In this document: piece after piece, positions 1-13,362 of the stretch
Numbering within the stretch: the first letter of the stretch is position 1
Layout: each line of letters starts with the position of its first letter
Source: Eledone cirrhosa
Lineage: Eukaryota
NCBI GenBank assembly: GCA_964016885.1
Contig: OZ024747.1
Span: 49,662,001 to 49,726,000 of the forward strand
Length of the DNA stretch: 64,000 nt
Reading direction: 5' to 3'
Position numbers and translations under genes: made by a program
Notes under the pieces: model-generated
The model's database searches: none
What the model saw: the letters and a program-made list of their open reading frames with translations, nothing else
What the model was told of the DNA's origin: nothing

Positions 1-695
1 GAGTTAAACTTCCCACAAATTTTACCTGTAATATCAGAGGACTCACACTGATCAAGTTTGAGCTTGCCTAAAATCGTCAACTTTATGGCCAAATATCACC
101 AAACTTAATTTAAGTATCAACATGCAGGTACAACCTCAGTGACAATAATTTTGCAGAGTTTGCTCGAAAGCTTCTGGCAAAATATCCCTTGATACTGAAG
201 GATGTTTTGATAACTTCATCATTTTGTACAGTTGTGAAAAGCATTGACAGCTTAATTAATCAAGTGTTCCCCAATTTTGAAATCCACCATTCCAACGAGA
301 AGTGGGTGTGTGAAAGAGCAATCATTACTCTTAAAAACATCACAGTGAATGCCATCAATAAAAAATCTTTCACAAATGATCCTTGGAGGTAACCAGACCT
401 ATAAATCTATCGACAAAGCTGTTCATTATCCCATTGAATTTCTCAAAAGTCTGGAACCGTCTGGTATGCTGCCACACAACCTTGAATTGAAGAAAGATGT
501 CATCATGATTCTCAGAAACCTGGATCAGCCAAGATTGTAAAATGGAACGCATATGGTTGTGACTGAACTACAGCCTCACATTTCCAGAGCCAAAATCCTT
601 ACTGGATATGGTATGGGAGATGTATTTATACCAACAATCGTTTCAAACAATTGCAATTCTCAGTGAGAGTCAGTTACAGCATGACCATCAACAGA
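1..695 (+). mobile_element. Helitron PIF1-like helicase fragment, degraded
   Basis: Frameshifted peptides QILPVI, ERAIITLKN..VNAIN, YPIEFLKSLEPSGMLPHNLELK..MILRNLDQPRL, NGTHMVV match Helitron RepHel helicase motifs. Confidence 0.85.
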
Positions 696-1165
696 TCCGG
701 GAATCAAACCTCACGATTCCGAATCTGATGCTCTAACCACTAAGCCTCCTGTCTTCCCTACACATAAATATATATACATATACACATATATATATATACA
801 TACACACACATCTATATACATATACACACATATCTATCTTGCTTCTGTTATGTTCTTCTAAAATAAAATACCCCACAGATGTAATCATTTAAGATAAACA
901 AAATCTGTGCCAAGATTCACAATGGCCTTGCTATATGTGAAGAATTTCACATTCACCTACAACTTGGATAATTTGACCAAATTATTGTATTATCCATATA
1001 TACCACATAGGAATTATTAAATCTGGCAGTAAAGTATATTTCTTTTTTTCTTTCTTGTTTCTGACACTAGACTGAAGCCATCATATTAATCCCAGTAAGT
1101 ATTTTCTCAATCTCTTTTGGTCAAACCAATAAATTATGGATCATAAACACACACATCATAATATA

Positions 1166-2550
1166 CAGGGTGCAGACGGTATTTGAGAACACATGCATTT
1201 TTAGTCATTATTTTATTTGAAATTTTTTTTATTGAACTTCTATTTCAGAAAATAACAATGAAAATAACTATGCTTACTAATGAAATGAAAAGGCATGTTG
1301 TGATTGTGGCTTTGAAGGCTAAGCATGGTGATTTAGAAATTTCTCATTTTCTGAAAGTTGCAAGATCTTTTGTCCACAAGATTCGGTGTGAGTTAGAGAA
1401 AGAAGATGGAAGCGTATTACCTGTATCAAAACGTAAAACATTCCAAACGTTCTGATTCTATCAGAACACCTGAATTTATTCAGGAAGTTAAGCAAAACAT
1501 TGATGATAATCCAGGAAAATCAATGAGGTCAATTGCAAAAAATTTTGGTGTGTCAGAAAAAACAATCAGAAATGTTGTGCATGAAGACATCAGATACAAA
1601 TCTTCCGTGGTAAGGAGAGGTCAATTCATGTCAGAAAAAACAAAAGAAAACTGTTTAATCAGATCCCAAAGACTTTTGAACAAACTTAAAAATTCATCAG
1701 AAGATGGTGTGATTTGGTTTTTCTCAGATGAGAAAACTAACAGAAGAAATGTGCAGACCCTTCTGAAGTTCCAAGAATGCACACACAAAATTTCCTGCAA
1801 GTTTCATGGTTTTGGGTGTTAGCAATGAAGGACATGTGATGCCTCCTCACTTTTTCCACAAGGCCTTAGGGTGAATGGTGCTGCATATATTGAGGTTCTG
1901 GATAAGATGCCTTGGATCAACAGTGTATGCAATGGAAGGCCTTATGCTTTTCAACAAGATTCTGCACCATCACACAAGGCTCAAATGACACAAGAATGGA
2001 TGGTCAACAATTTGCATGATCATATTACCTCCAATATTTGGCCTCCTAATTCTCCAGATCTCAATCCACTGGACTACTATGTATGGAGCATTGTTGAGAA
2101 AAATGTCAATTGAACACCCCCATAGCACTAAAAATTCCTTGAAAGCCGCCATAGTTTGAGTCTGTCCGATATGAACAAGACCACTTAATCCGAGCTTGTA
2201 AACGATATCAACCACAAGTAGAGGCAGTTATTGATGCTTATGGTGGTCTTATTGAATGAAATTATTAAATTGATAATTTAATAATTTCATTCAATAAGAC
2301 CACCATAAGCATCAATAACTGCCTCTACGCAGGGTCGAAATTGTTTACAAGCTTGGATTAAGTGGTCTTGTTCATATTGGACATGACTCGAACTATGGCG
2401 GCTTTCAATGAATTTTTGGTGCTATGGGGTGTTCAATTGATAATTTAGCTTTATGTTTATGTTATTTTTATAAGAATAGTTTTTTTGTTGTTATGTAAGC
2501 GTTTTTTTAAAAAACCCATAAATTTGTCCTCAAATACCGTTCACACCCTG
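1166..2550 (+). mobile_element. Tc1/mariner-superfamily DNA transposon with defective transposase
   Basis: TIRs CAGGGTGCAGACGGTATTTGAG / CTCAAATACCGTTCACACCCTG flanked by TA; frameshifted transposase with FFSDEK, FQQDSAPSH, WPPNSPDLNPLDYYVW. Confidence 0.93.
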
Positions 2551-2619
2551 TATATAATATATGTATACTTTGCAAGGAGGGAAGCAGAAAATAAAAAATA
2601 TAAGCATGTTATAGAAGTC

Positions 2620-3600
2620 ATGAGTAATTTAGTGTGCAAATAGGCATCCATCAAGGCTCTGTTCTTAGCCCTCTCCTGTTTATTATAGTCCTGCAGGCTA
2701 CACCAGAAGGGTTTAAGACTGGCTGCACAATGGAACTCCTATATGGTAAAGATCTAACCATCATAGTTGAATCTCTGGCAGAATTAGAGAAAAAATTCCA
2801 AACCTGGAAGCAAAAGGTCTTGACAAAGACTCAAGTCCTAATAAGTAGAAAGAAAAACTGGGTCTAGATCCCCTCAGAGAAATGGCAATGCTCAATGTGT
2901 AGGCAAGTAGAGGGTATAAATTCCATGTTAGGGGTACACAAGAGATGTAGTGGGATCTCATGCAGGCTAATAAAGAATGTAGGTTTAATATGTGGTCAAT
3001 GCACAGGAGCAGTAAGCAGCAAGAACCCATAGGAAACAAGCTCCTTTAAATCGTTGATAGCTTCTGTTACCTGGCTGACAAATTAGCAGTGGAGGTGGGT
3101 GTTCTGAAAGTATATTAGCCAGAGTGAGAACAAGAGGGAAAAGTTCAGGGAGCTACGATGGCTGCTACCTACAAAAGGTTTTTTCGCCCTCAAAATGAAA
3201 GTCAGATTGTATGACACCAGTGTACAAACATCAATGGTGCATGGTGGTGAGACCAGGGTACTGTGTGTAGAGGATCTACTAAGATTAGAAAGAAATGAAG
3301 CTTGAATGCTTTGATGGATGTGTAATAGTGTGCCTGAATGGTGAAGTATCAATAAATTGAGACATAAAAAGGGTCAGCTGTAGTGTGCAGTTGAGGAGAT
3401 TGTGATGTATAGACATGCGATGTGCATAGAGGATGACAGCTGTCTAAAAAGATGCAAAGCGCAAAAAAGAAAAAATATGGAAGAGGAAGACAGGAAAGCT
3501 TGGGATGAAGTGATAAAAGCTGACTTTGCTCAATTAAACCTTTCAAAGTAGCATAATTTCTGCAGTACAGCATAATGACAGGATCAAGATCTCTGGCATT
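2620..3600 (+). mobile_element. RTE-clade LINE 3' fragment (RT C-terminal part), degraded
   Basis: IGIHQGSVLSPLLFIIVLQA, ELLYGKDL; homologous to 24759-25886 and 51250-52300. Confidence 0.85.
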
Positions 3601-4663
3601 ATGCTGTACTGCGGAAAACCTGTCTTCCCATGTGCACAGGATGAAATATGTAGACACTAATCTGCACCAATCTTCCCTCTACTCCCACTAGCTAAATATC
3701 CCCACCTCCAAAAAAAAACCCCCTCACTCCTCTCCTGTCCAACCCATTCATATAGCATGGAAAGTTGGACACACTCCACATCTCCCACCATGTTGAGCCA
3801 CAACTAAAAAAAAAAAGGTACTAAATCCACAATGTATGGTGATCTGGTGCAAAAGCACCCAGTCCATCCTGTTATGTGGTAACCTGGTTGGCGTTAGGAA
3901 AGGCATTCAGCCATAGAAAGCAGGCCAAGGTGACCTGGCTTGATTTGTGACAACCTGTCTAACCCAAATTTTTTAACAGTACAAACAATGTATATTAAAG
4001 TGGATCCAGTTTTTAATGCAAACTGGTAAAAGTAACCGACATGTTCCAGTTTTATTAAACCTCCTCAGCAAAGCATATTCTACTAAGAAGCACTACTCAC
4101 TATATTACATGAGAGATCCTAAAGTATTTATAACTCATAGCAAAACACCTTCCACAGATATCTTAGATTTTCAAAAGATATAGCTGCACTATCATTTAGT
4201 GGCACTCGTTTATGACCTCCTCTCCCATAAACATTTACGATTTACAGCATAGCAGTTTGACAAATGCATATACACCATACTTAAAATAAGTTACAGGTTG
4301 GCATCAGGAAGCACATCCAGCCATAGAAAAGCTACCTCAAAACGTATTGTTTAACCCTTGCAAGCATGGAAAAAATTGAATGAGACATTAGTGGTATATA
4401 TATATATATATCCCTTCACATTTGACATCACAGGCAGTGTTTTTTTTTCATGTTCTGCATAAACCATCAACCTGTTGATGACAATCATGAAAGCAATGTA
4501 ATCCAAATTTGTATAATATATGATATGGTGAGCAACTCTGATATTGTACTTCTGTAACAGTTCAAAAGTTGGTAAAATTTACTAGCTGACACAATGGAAA
4601 ATAATTAGAAACAACTATCAACTATTAAAGATCAATATGGCATTTTAAATATTTTATTTATAA

Positions 4664-4693
<30 letters not shown>

Positions 4694-4694
<1 letters not shown>

Positions 4695-4965
4695 CATCAT
4701 TGTTTAACGTCCATTTAGCATGGGTAAGACGGGCTGTCTCTATGTGAGAGATCATATCAGAGAGCCGTGTTTCGCTCACACAAGACTGATTTTGGCTTGG
4801 TTTCTAAGGCTGGATGCCCTTCCTAACGCCAACCACATTTACAGTGTGTTGGGTGCTTTTTGTCCTGACTCCTACAAGACCACTTTAAAGTGTAAACTGG
4901 TTGCTTTTGTCTTGACACATACGTGACCACTTTATAGAGAGGGCTGGGCACTTTTGTCGTGGCTC
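4694..4965 (-). mobile_element. RTE-tail SINE / 3' UTR module
   Basis: Reverse complement of GGTTGGCGTTAGGAAGGGCATCCAGCC...CCATGC...GGACGTTAAAC(GAT)n. Further copies at ~3850-3965, 24280-24500, 26380-27095, 36540-36835, 36945-37210, 45655-45920, 63170-63485. Confidence 0.8.
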
Positions 4966-5097
4966 CCGAGGGACTACTTCATGGTGTGGGATGGGAATGG
5001 GAGCATGAGGAAGAAGCTTGGGGAAATTGAGGACGTAGGTGTAGAGGAGGGATGGTTACAGCAAGGGAGTTGTATAATAAGGGAGATGGTAACGGAA

Positions 5098-5186
5098 GAT
5101 GTTATCTACTAGATATATGCCTCAGCTCAAGCATATGGGAGGGTGTGTCTTCTGTAGTACTGCATAGCGCCAGAGATCACGGTCCT

Positions 5187-5224
<38 letters not shown>

Positions 5225-5311
5225 GACCGTGATCTCTGGCGCTATGCAGTACTACAGAAGACACACCCTCCCATATGCTTGAGCTGAGGCATATATCTAG
5301 TAGATAACATC
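5098..5311. repeat. Fold-back palindrome, ~93-bp arms around (TA)n
   Basis: Arms are reverse complements with one visible mismatch. Confidence 0.95.
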
Positions 5312-5369
5312 AAAATAAATTAAACAAATGACATGCATAACTCGAAAATCAGAGTCGCTCCAGGTAGAG

Positions 5370-5640
5370 CTGCTACTTCTCCAAATTGAGAGATCGCAAT
5401 TCCGATACTATGGGTATGTGGTTAGAATGTCTCGGTAAAGAACCACTGGACAAATTTTACGGGCAAAACCAACTGGAAAGAGACCCCGAGCAAGATGGTT
5501 GGATAATATCCATGAGCTTGGCTGATCACGCTTGGGAATCCAGTCGGATCAATTGGAGATGATTGCTTCTGACAGGACCTGCTGAATGGAGTGTTTGAGG
5601 ACACTGCTCCCACAACTCTCTCAGGAATAGGTGGGCAATG
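5370..5640 (+). mobile_element. RTE-like LINE 3' end fragment
   Basis: Degenerate YGYVVRM and RP..RW motifs; inverted homolog at ~42030-42290. Confidence 0.65.
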
Positions 5641-8600
5641 AAGAAGACAAACAAGCAAAATGGATTTATCCATTATCAGCATCTGATAATATATTGTGGA
5701 TATATAATAATCCCAAAACAAAACACGGTTGGATAACCACACCTTGCTCATATGTTCCATATTTTGGCATATTTTCTACAACTGGATGCCCTTCCTAACA
5801 CTAACTTTAAAGAATGTACTGGCTATATTTTATTGTAGCAGCAGCACTGAAGAGGTTGTCAGATCCTTGACAAGACCAAACACAGCACATCTTGTCTACA
5901 ACTGGGAAACAGTTTAGGTGGATCACATTCATATTGTAGTCAGTAGAACACCTTGTATTTCTCCCATCAACACTGCTTGCATTTTTAGTTACATAATATT
6001 AAATTCTTTCTCATACCTTTACTGCAAAGGACACCTTTCCTGGACTTTTGCTGCTAATATTTTAAACTACCTTTGTCAATGTTCATCACCATCATCCTTG
6101 TATGCCTACTTTCCATGCTGGCATGAATTAGATGGATTTTTAGAGTCCAGGCTATTTTGCCCTCTTGTGTGGATCAGGGTGATTGTATACTCCTCATATA
6201 TTCCAATTAGTCATGGTTTCTACAGTTGGGTGTCCTTCCAAACACCAACCACTTTACAGAAAATACTGAGTGCATCTTATATTCACACCATCACTAGAGA
6301 GGTTGTCATGTCCCTGAGAAGACTAAAGAGCTCTCTCAACCCTAGACTCCGTTCAATTGTCAACTACATTACAGTGTACTGGGTGCATTTTATCGTGGCA
6401 ACACTATACAAATACAAAAATTAATACATTATTTACACTATTATATACTTATTAGATTTTTCATCTGGTATAGAAACTGAAAGATTGACATGGCTAACAT
6501 AAAAAAATGGTTTAGTCAATAATATAGTGTTAATATGAAGATATAGAATCTAAAGATACTAGAATCTAAAGACATATTTTACTAGACATACAAATATAAA
6601 GTGAAGTATGATGGCATTATCAGGACAATACACATATTGCAAACTTAAATTGGTTCTTCATTGAAGAACCAATACAATCATTTACTGGTTTCAGTTGTTT
6701 AACTGCAGTCATGTAGGGGCACTACCTGAAAAGAGATTTCGAGCTTATTTTTTCATGTCTGGTACATACTTTCACTACTAGGTTATGAGAGACAGTTTCT
6801 GTCAACCACGTTTCATAGAGAAAGCATTGGTCTATAATAGAAGTCACACTGAGAGTGATCCCAAAACTGGTTTCAAAGCAAGTTCCTTAAACACAGCCAG
6901 GAGGAAATCTAAGGAACCACTTGTGCACAAATTCCAATGATACTCAAAACAATGATAACTTTGTCCAACATCCCTAAACTTAAATCCATTGAAACTAACC
7001 ATTTTTGAACCACTTAAAACTATGGGATATATAATTAATATATTTTCTCTATGTGACCTACTGAGGAATTCATAAAGACCAATGCATAGTTTTGGTCTCA
7101 TGGCAGTAAACAAGAGAACTCTGATGGACAATTCCATAAAATATTAACCACCTTATTCTAATAATTTTTCATATTTTCAATGATGATAAAATAAAGCTAT
7201 TATTATCTAAAAGATCTAAGTGTATAGAGTTGAAGAAATGGGGAGTATAACATTTCGGTTTTAAGAAAGTAAAAAAAAAAAATGTTTCTCCTCAACTCTT
7301 TCCAAGATGATGGTTGGTGAGAGGGAGAAAAATGGATGAGAAACAATTAAAAAGTTAAGCGAAGACAGAAAGAAAAGGTGTTGCAAAGTTGGAAGAAATT
7401 ACAGCACTCCACAAAAAAAAATAGAGAGGGAATGAAAGAGATTTTTGAAACGGCCATAAAACAGGAAATTTATATATCTTTACATCCACATTAGAAAAGT
7501 AGTAATATTAGAAATAAGCCAGCAAGAAAATACGAAATTTAGTGAAGGAGAAATGAAATAATTGTAGCGTTCATGCTTCTTTCTCCCAAAGGCCATTATT
7601 GAGAACTGACATGGAGTTGTTCATTTTGGCCAACACTAAACATCTATTATACTACAGTATGGAGAAATATAACAACAAATCCTAAATAAAATCAACGACA
7701 AAAGGAGAGAAGGAGCAATCCGCCTCTACCTTTTTCTCCACTTATTTCGTGTATGTGTGTGCGGCGTGCCTGTATTTTTGTTTAGGTACATCATGTGTGA
7801 TGACGGAAGCAGCAGATTTTCTTATCTCGCACAGACTGACCAACATTTAATGCCAAATATCACTCTATATACATAATATGTATGATATGTAAATAATATG
7901 TTGGGGTTTTGCACGTAGAACAAATAATACGGAGGTGAAAGAGAGAGGGGGACAAGAAAGCAGGGTGGAGTGGTGATGATGCCATCCATGATAACATATT
8001 ATTTTGACAGGGGAAATACAAAGAGAGAGGAGTATAGCAGGAAAAATGTCCCCCTCGCAAAGAGGAAACAATATTACTGTATACACACATATGTGTAATG
8101 TGTGTGTGTGTGTATAGACACAGAAAACGCACCAGAAGCGTATAAGATGGTAGGGAGAAGAAAATGGACATAATATTATTGTATGTAAATATATAGCGTG
8201 AACCTAATATAACTGTACAATTGCCTCCCGTGTTTATATATAAAGAGAGTGACATTCTGCCACCCAAGGATTTTTTAAAGGGTTATATGACAATATCAAG
8301 AGATCTAATTTTATTTGTGTGTGTATATGTATGTATGTAGGTGTGTGTATATGTATGTGTGTGTGTATATGTATGTGTGTGTGTGTATATATGTATGTGT
8401 GTGTGTATATGTATGTATGTGTATATGTATGTATATGTGTATTTATGTATGTATGTATATGTATGCATGTGTTTATATGTATGTGTATATATATATATAT
8501 GGCTTAAATGGTCGAGGGAGAACGATGAAGAATACATGGATCTTACAGAAATTGAAAGAAAAAACTGTCATTTGTCAGAAATTGGGAAATTGTGACCCCC

Positions 8601-8911
8601 CCCCCCCCCCCAATATATTTTACAAATAATGTTTAGTTAAAATATAAATTTTAAATTGAACAGAAATGGATGAAACGGTTAATTTTAACATTTAAAAAAA
8701 ATTTATTGAATAAAATGTGTTTAATTTGTAAAAAGACGAGAGACAATAAGGTTTGAGGAAAAGGGTAGCATGAGAATGGACTGATTTATAAGATTTCTTT
8801 AAACAAATGACATGATTCCTTTTAACATTTATTTCAAAACGGTTTCACTGTTTTCACTTTATGGGATATATATATATATAATATATATATACACACACAC
8901 ATATATAAACA

Positions 8912-9068
8912 CACCGGTAGATAAGTCGCATCTCCATTTTACATGCAACATCTAGAATGTACGGTATATATTTGAGCGAGGATTTGATAGTTCCAGTAGA
9001 TAAGTCGCATGCTGGTTTCTCACGTGTTTCCGTGAAAAAACGTGTGACCTATACACAAATAAATACAA
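8912..9068. mobile_element. pogo/Tc1-type MITE remnant
   Basis: Repeated GTAGATAAGTCGCAT subterminal motif and a GACCTATAC...AAATAC end, between TA repeats. Confidence 0.45.
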
Positions 9069-9459
9069 TATATATATATATACACACACACACACCTGTT
9101 TTAATCTATAATCATACATGTACAACTTTCTAATAGCATGTATTAAAGTAAACTATAAAAACATAACCCATTTATTTATATATATATGTGTGTGTAGGTA
9201 GAGATAGTAGGTAGATAGATCTTTATTTATATCACTGAAGAAACTTTAGACAAAATCAAATATTTTCATTTTTCATTCTAAAAAAATTTAATCAAGCAAT
9301 AAAATTACTTTAAAAATAATGAATTCTAAAAAAAAAATGTTATAGTTGCCAAAATGTTTTTAAAAAATTAAAAGAAAAGCCAAAAATATTCTCCTATTAT
9401 TCACATTAAGGAAATGGTTTTCATAAAATAAGACTTTATAGTATAGCGAAGAGACTTGT

Positions 9460-9665
9460 CAAAGAAGACAATAATATAGACAAGAGTTTATAGAGTAGAC
9501 GTGGAGAGGCTTGCTGAAGAAGACAATAATATAAATATAGTGAAGTGGAGAGGCTTGCTGAAGAAAACAATAATATAAATATAGTGAATTGAAGGGACTT
9601 GCTGAAGAAGACAATGATATAAATATAGTGATGTGGAGGGACTTGCTGAAGAAGACAGCCATATA
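9460..9665. repeat. 44-bp minisatellite, ~4.5 copies
   Basis: GCTGAAGAA recurs at 9513, 9557, 9601, 9645. Confidence 0.9.
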
Positions 9666-9838
9666 GATAAGACTGAATTAAACAATTAATTCTTTAACAA
9701 AATATGTTTAAGTATGGTTTATGGAGCAGTGGTGTTTGAATTAGTTATATTTTATATATATATATATATATATACTGGGTGCTCATTCATTTAATATTTG
9801 ACCGTCTTTATGTGTAATTATATGTAAAACACCTCCAT

Positions 9839-9869
<31 letters not shown>

Positions 9870-10189
9870 TGTGTATATTTCAGAAACGATGTTGTTAAAC
9901 AGAGTTTGACAGATAAGAGAGAAAGATGAGATGGAGTCTTAACAAAGAGGTAAAATTCTTTACAAACATCTGCCTTTATATACACGCAGCGGCTTCATAA
10001 ATATACATACGTTATATGTGTGCGTGTATAATGTATGTTGGATAAAGGAAGTGGGCGAAAAATGAACGAAATTATATACACACACAAGAATATATATATA
10101 GATATATTTTTATATATATATGCAAATGTGTGTGTATATAATGTATGTTATAGGAAGTGAAAGAAAAATAAACAATGACATTACACACA

Positions 10190-10224
<35 letters not shown>

Positions 10225-10314
10225 ATATAGAGGAAACACGATGATATATATTTTAGGTGTCAAGTTAAATAAAGATTTAATATTTGAGTTACATCTTACA
10301 TTACTCTATGTATT

Positions 10315-10515
10315 ATCCATCATTAAATACAGCGTATATATTATATACATCATTAAATGCAGCGTATATATTATATACATCACTATATAGTGTATATAAA
10401 ATACATCATTAAATACAGTGTATATATACATCACTAAATACAGTGTATATTATATATATCACTAAATACAGTGTATATTATATACATCACTAAATACAGT
10501 GTATATTTTATACAT
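10315..10515. repeat. ~27-30-bp minisatellite (CATCACTAAATACAGTGTATATTATATA)
   Basis: About 7 direct copies. Confidence 0.85.
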
Positions 10516-11389
10516 GAGAATCTATGTTTATTTAGTAACTTTCATCGAAAATTATGGCAAATATTAAAATCAAAAGAATCTATGAAGATATGTTTAAATT
10601 GAATTTTTTTATTGTATAATTTTTCCAGTTCGTTATATACACCAAATTTCATATATACACACTTCAGTTACATATTTTTCTTTAAATCTACCAAATTTCA
10701 TATATATATATATACACGCTTCATTTTATATATTTTTCTTTAAATCTACCATAATTTCTTTTTCTGTCGTCTGAAATATTCAATGAAACAAACCTACTAA
10801 ATAAATATACATTCTCACTGACACATATATATATATATATCACATTTTTTTTTATTGATGTATAATTGACAAATGAACAAATAGAGGAAGTACGAGTGTG
10901 TGTGTATATATATATAGAGAGAGATATAGATATTCCAAGCTGAAGATTCACTCCGTATCATCACAACCTCCTGTCTTACTGAAATGTATTGAGTCAGTTT
11001 TCTACCATAAACATTATATACACATATATATAATATATTAGGTATATATATATACATATATGATATTATGTATGTATATATACATATACTATATGTATGT
11101 ACATATTCATATATGATATATTATGTATGCATAATCTTTAATTATTCTCTCGAGCAAGTTTTCTATTTTTCTCGTTCATCTAAGAATAAAGAACTTGTCG
11201 ATAGACATTTCATCAAGCTAAATTCGACAACTAATGAAAGGTGCTTTTTTTTTTAACAACAAAAAAAGAAAAGACAACAACTACTGCAGGAAGACCAATG
11301 GACTCTGCTGAGAAATATAATATAACGAAGAAGAAGTATATATATATATACATGTATATATATATACACAAATTAACAGGTCTCCTTAC

Positions 11390-11452
11390 CTCCCTAAATA
11401 ACAGTTTAGACATAAGATTCCCGCCATTTATTCGACTGCATAAAGCCGCCAT
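11390..11452 (-). CDS. Probable first coding exon of an unidentified host gene (MAALCSRINGGNLMSKLLFRE)
   Basis: CAAATGGCGG start context, 21 codons, then GAG|GTAAGG donor (phase 0). Non-repetitive, CpG-retaining context with promoter motifs just upstream. Confidence 0.6.
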
Positions 11453-11459
11453 TTGCTTT

Positions 11460-11660
11460 GAATGATGATCATGTGACCACCAGATGTCGCTGCTGGCTCA
11501 GCGGGCAACAACAACAGGAATAACGACGACAACAACAACAATAACAATGATGATAATGGTGACGGCGATGTTAACGAAAAACAAAAAATCGCTGCATGCC
11601 GGTACTTTGGTAGTACCGCACTGAATCACATCCTTCACTAAACGCCGTTACTGCGGAGGG
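11460..11660 (-). promoter_or_regulatory. Housekeeping-type promoter
   Basis: E-box GTCACATGA (~11469-11477), CTCF-like CCACCAGATGTCGCTG (~11477-11492), ZNF143/SBS-like GCATGCCGGTACTTTGGTAGT (11594-11614). Confidence 0.5.
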
Positions 11661-11789
11661 TTTTGTCCATTTAAAAAAATGTTATTTATATACTTTTTAC
11701 TACATTATTTATTTATTATTCAATTTTTGATTATATAATTTATTAATTATGTATTATTCATTTATTAACTGCATTGTTTAATAGCAAGA

Positions 11790-12810
11790 ATCGCCGAGAA
11801 CTGGGAGAAAGTGGAAAGTAGTCGAGAGAAGCACAAAGCAGGGCTGGCCACTCTAGTTCAACATAAACCCGATTTAACATATCAAGCAGGAAATTGGTAG
11901 AGTAGGTGAAATAATAAGCAGAGTAAGGTGCTTGAATAAAGTGAGAGCAAGTGATGGAAAGGAACATTCCTTGGAAGGACATCTGGAAGTGGAACCCATC
12001 CAACCTGTTTTCATGGGACATAGTAGAAACAGCAATATGATTTCTTTCTCCCACAACAGGGACCCTTGAGCATATCCTCAACAACTGTGCTAAAACACTG
12101 GCTAAAGAACATTATTAACTTTGCCTTTCATCCTTACAGGCTCGATAAAATAAAGTACCAGTAATATACTGAGTAATTGCTGGCCTTGTGCCAAAAGTAG
12201 AAGCAATTATTGCTGGAGCCATGATCAGGTCATCAAAACTAGCACTGAAGCAATCAGCAAGAGGATTAGAGATAGCTAGTGCATATATACTACAGATAGA
12301 AAGATGTTTGTCAAGGTGGGTGAACAACCTAAGAGAAGTCCTAATAACTGTTCAGCCACTTTGGTTGACACAGTCCATGACAGTCAACCGTCAATCTAGG
12401 AAGGTGGCTGAAAACTCCATCATATACCATTCAGTTGAAACTAGACATCTTGGCTTCTGAAGTGACAAGACAGCTCGTTATCTGGGGGAGAGGAGAGGAG
12501 ACAGAGGAAGAGAGGAAAACATCAGGTATTAGTGGAGGACTGCAATAGGGAATGGCTTGAGAACCAGGTGTATGCCAATAGAGGTTGGAAAATAGGGATT
12601 CACAGCTTTTTTCCTTAGCAAAGCCTGTGGAAGTCTGAGCATGTATGAGGAGAGCCATGAGCCATCAAGAACAACACAAGCAGCAGGGAAAGCATCTAAA
12701 TGGCTATGGCTGAAGAGTAGTGGTCAGTGAAGTCAGTAGTATGGCATTTGGACACAGAGTGATGCTTCATCCCATTGGTTGGGACACCTGAAACATATAT
12801 ACATACAAAT
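11790..12810 (+). mobile_element. HERO-like (restriction-like endonuclease) non-LTR retrotransposon 3' fragment, interrupted by a SINE piece
   Basis: TLEHILNNC, WSHDQVIK (WRHDQVL type), PIEVG..GF, KASKWLWLK motifs; SINE core inserted at 12113-12210. Confidence 0.7.
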
Positions 12811-12934
12811 TATATATATACATGTATGTGCACATATGAACACACATACACGCATATATATATATATAAACACACACACACAGATATATGTGTGTGTGTA
12901 CATATATATGTATATATATATATATTTTTTTTTT

Positions 12935-13300
12935 AGCTGACTTGGGAGGCTCCCATACAGCTCTGAGTTTTTTATCCTCAGTGAATACTGATTAATGTTC
13001 AGAGCCATCCTCAGCATTCTCGTGTAGCACCCATCCACCATCTGAGTGAGTTTCTTGGTCAGTGTCCAAGTCTCAGACCCATACAGCAGCAATGAAGAGG
13101 CGGATTTTCAGGTCTTTACTGAGGTTGCTCACCGATATCCAGAGTTGACACATTCGAAGAGGAAGACCAAGGTTAATGTATGTTGATGCCCTGAGGACAG
13201 ACACTGGTCTGTTGGAGACGCGGGACATGGCAGCGATAATTAGGGACAGAGACCGCTGGAGAGAACTCGTCCATGGATCTCGGGAATTTTACCCGCCCTA
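12935..13300. mobile_element. RTE LINE 3' end with inverted 5' segment
   Basis: 12935-13130 encodes LLYGSETWTLT..DGCYTRMLR on minus; 13125-13300 encodes RGRPRL..RDRWRELVHGSREFYPP* on plus. Confidence 0.85.
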
Positions 13301-13362
13301 GATATATATATATATATATAAACACACACACATGCATATATATATATATATAAACACACACA

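Noticed and set aside
5918-7137. ORFs 5918-6424 and 6844-7137 as host exons
   Set aside because: They overlap SINE remnants, have no recognisable domain and lack convincing splice pairs.
9234-9270. CTGAAGA hammerhead core (also in the 9.5-kb minisatellite)
   Set aside because: No stem II, GAAA or stem I partners.
10750-10980. Second exon candidates for the 11452 gene
   Set aside because: TTTCAG acceptors exist but give an immediate stop or only weak donors; not supportable.
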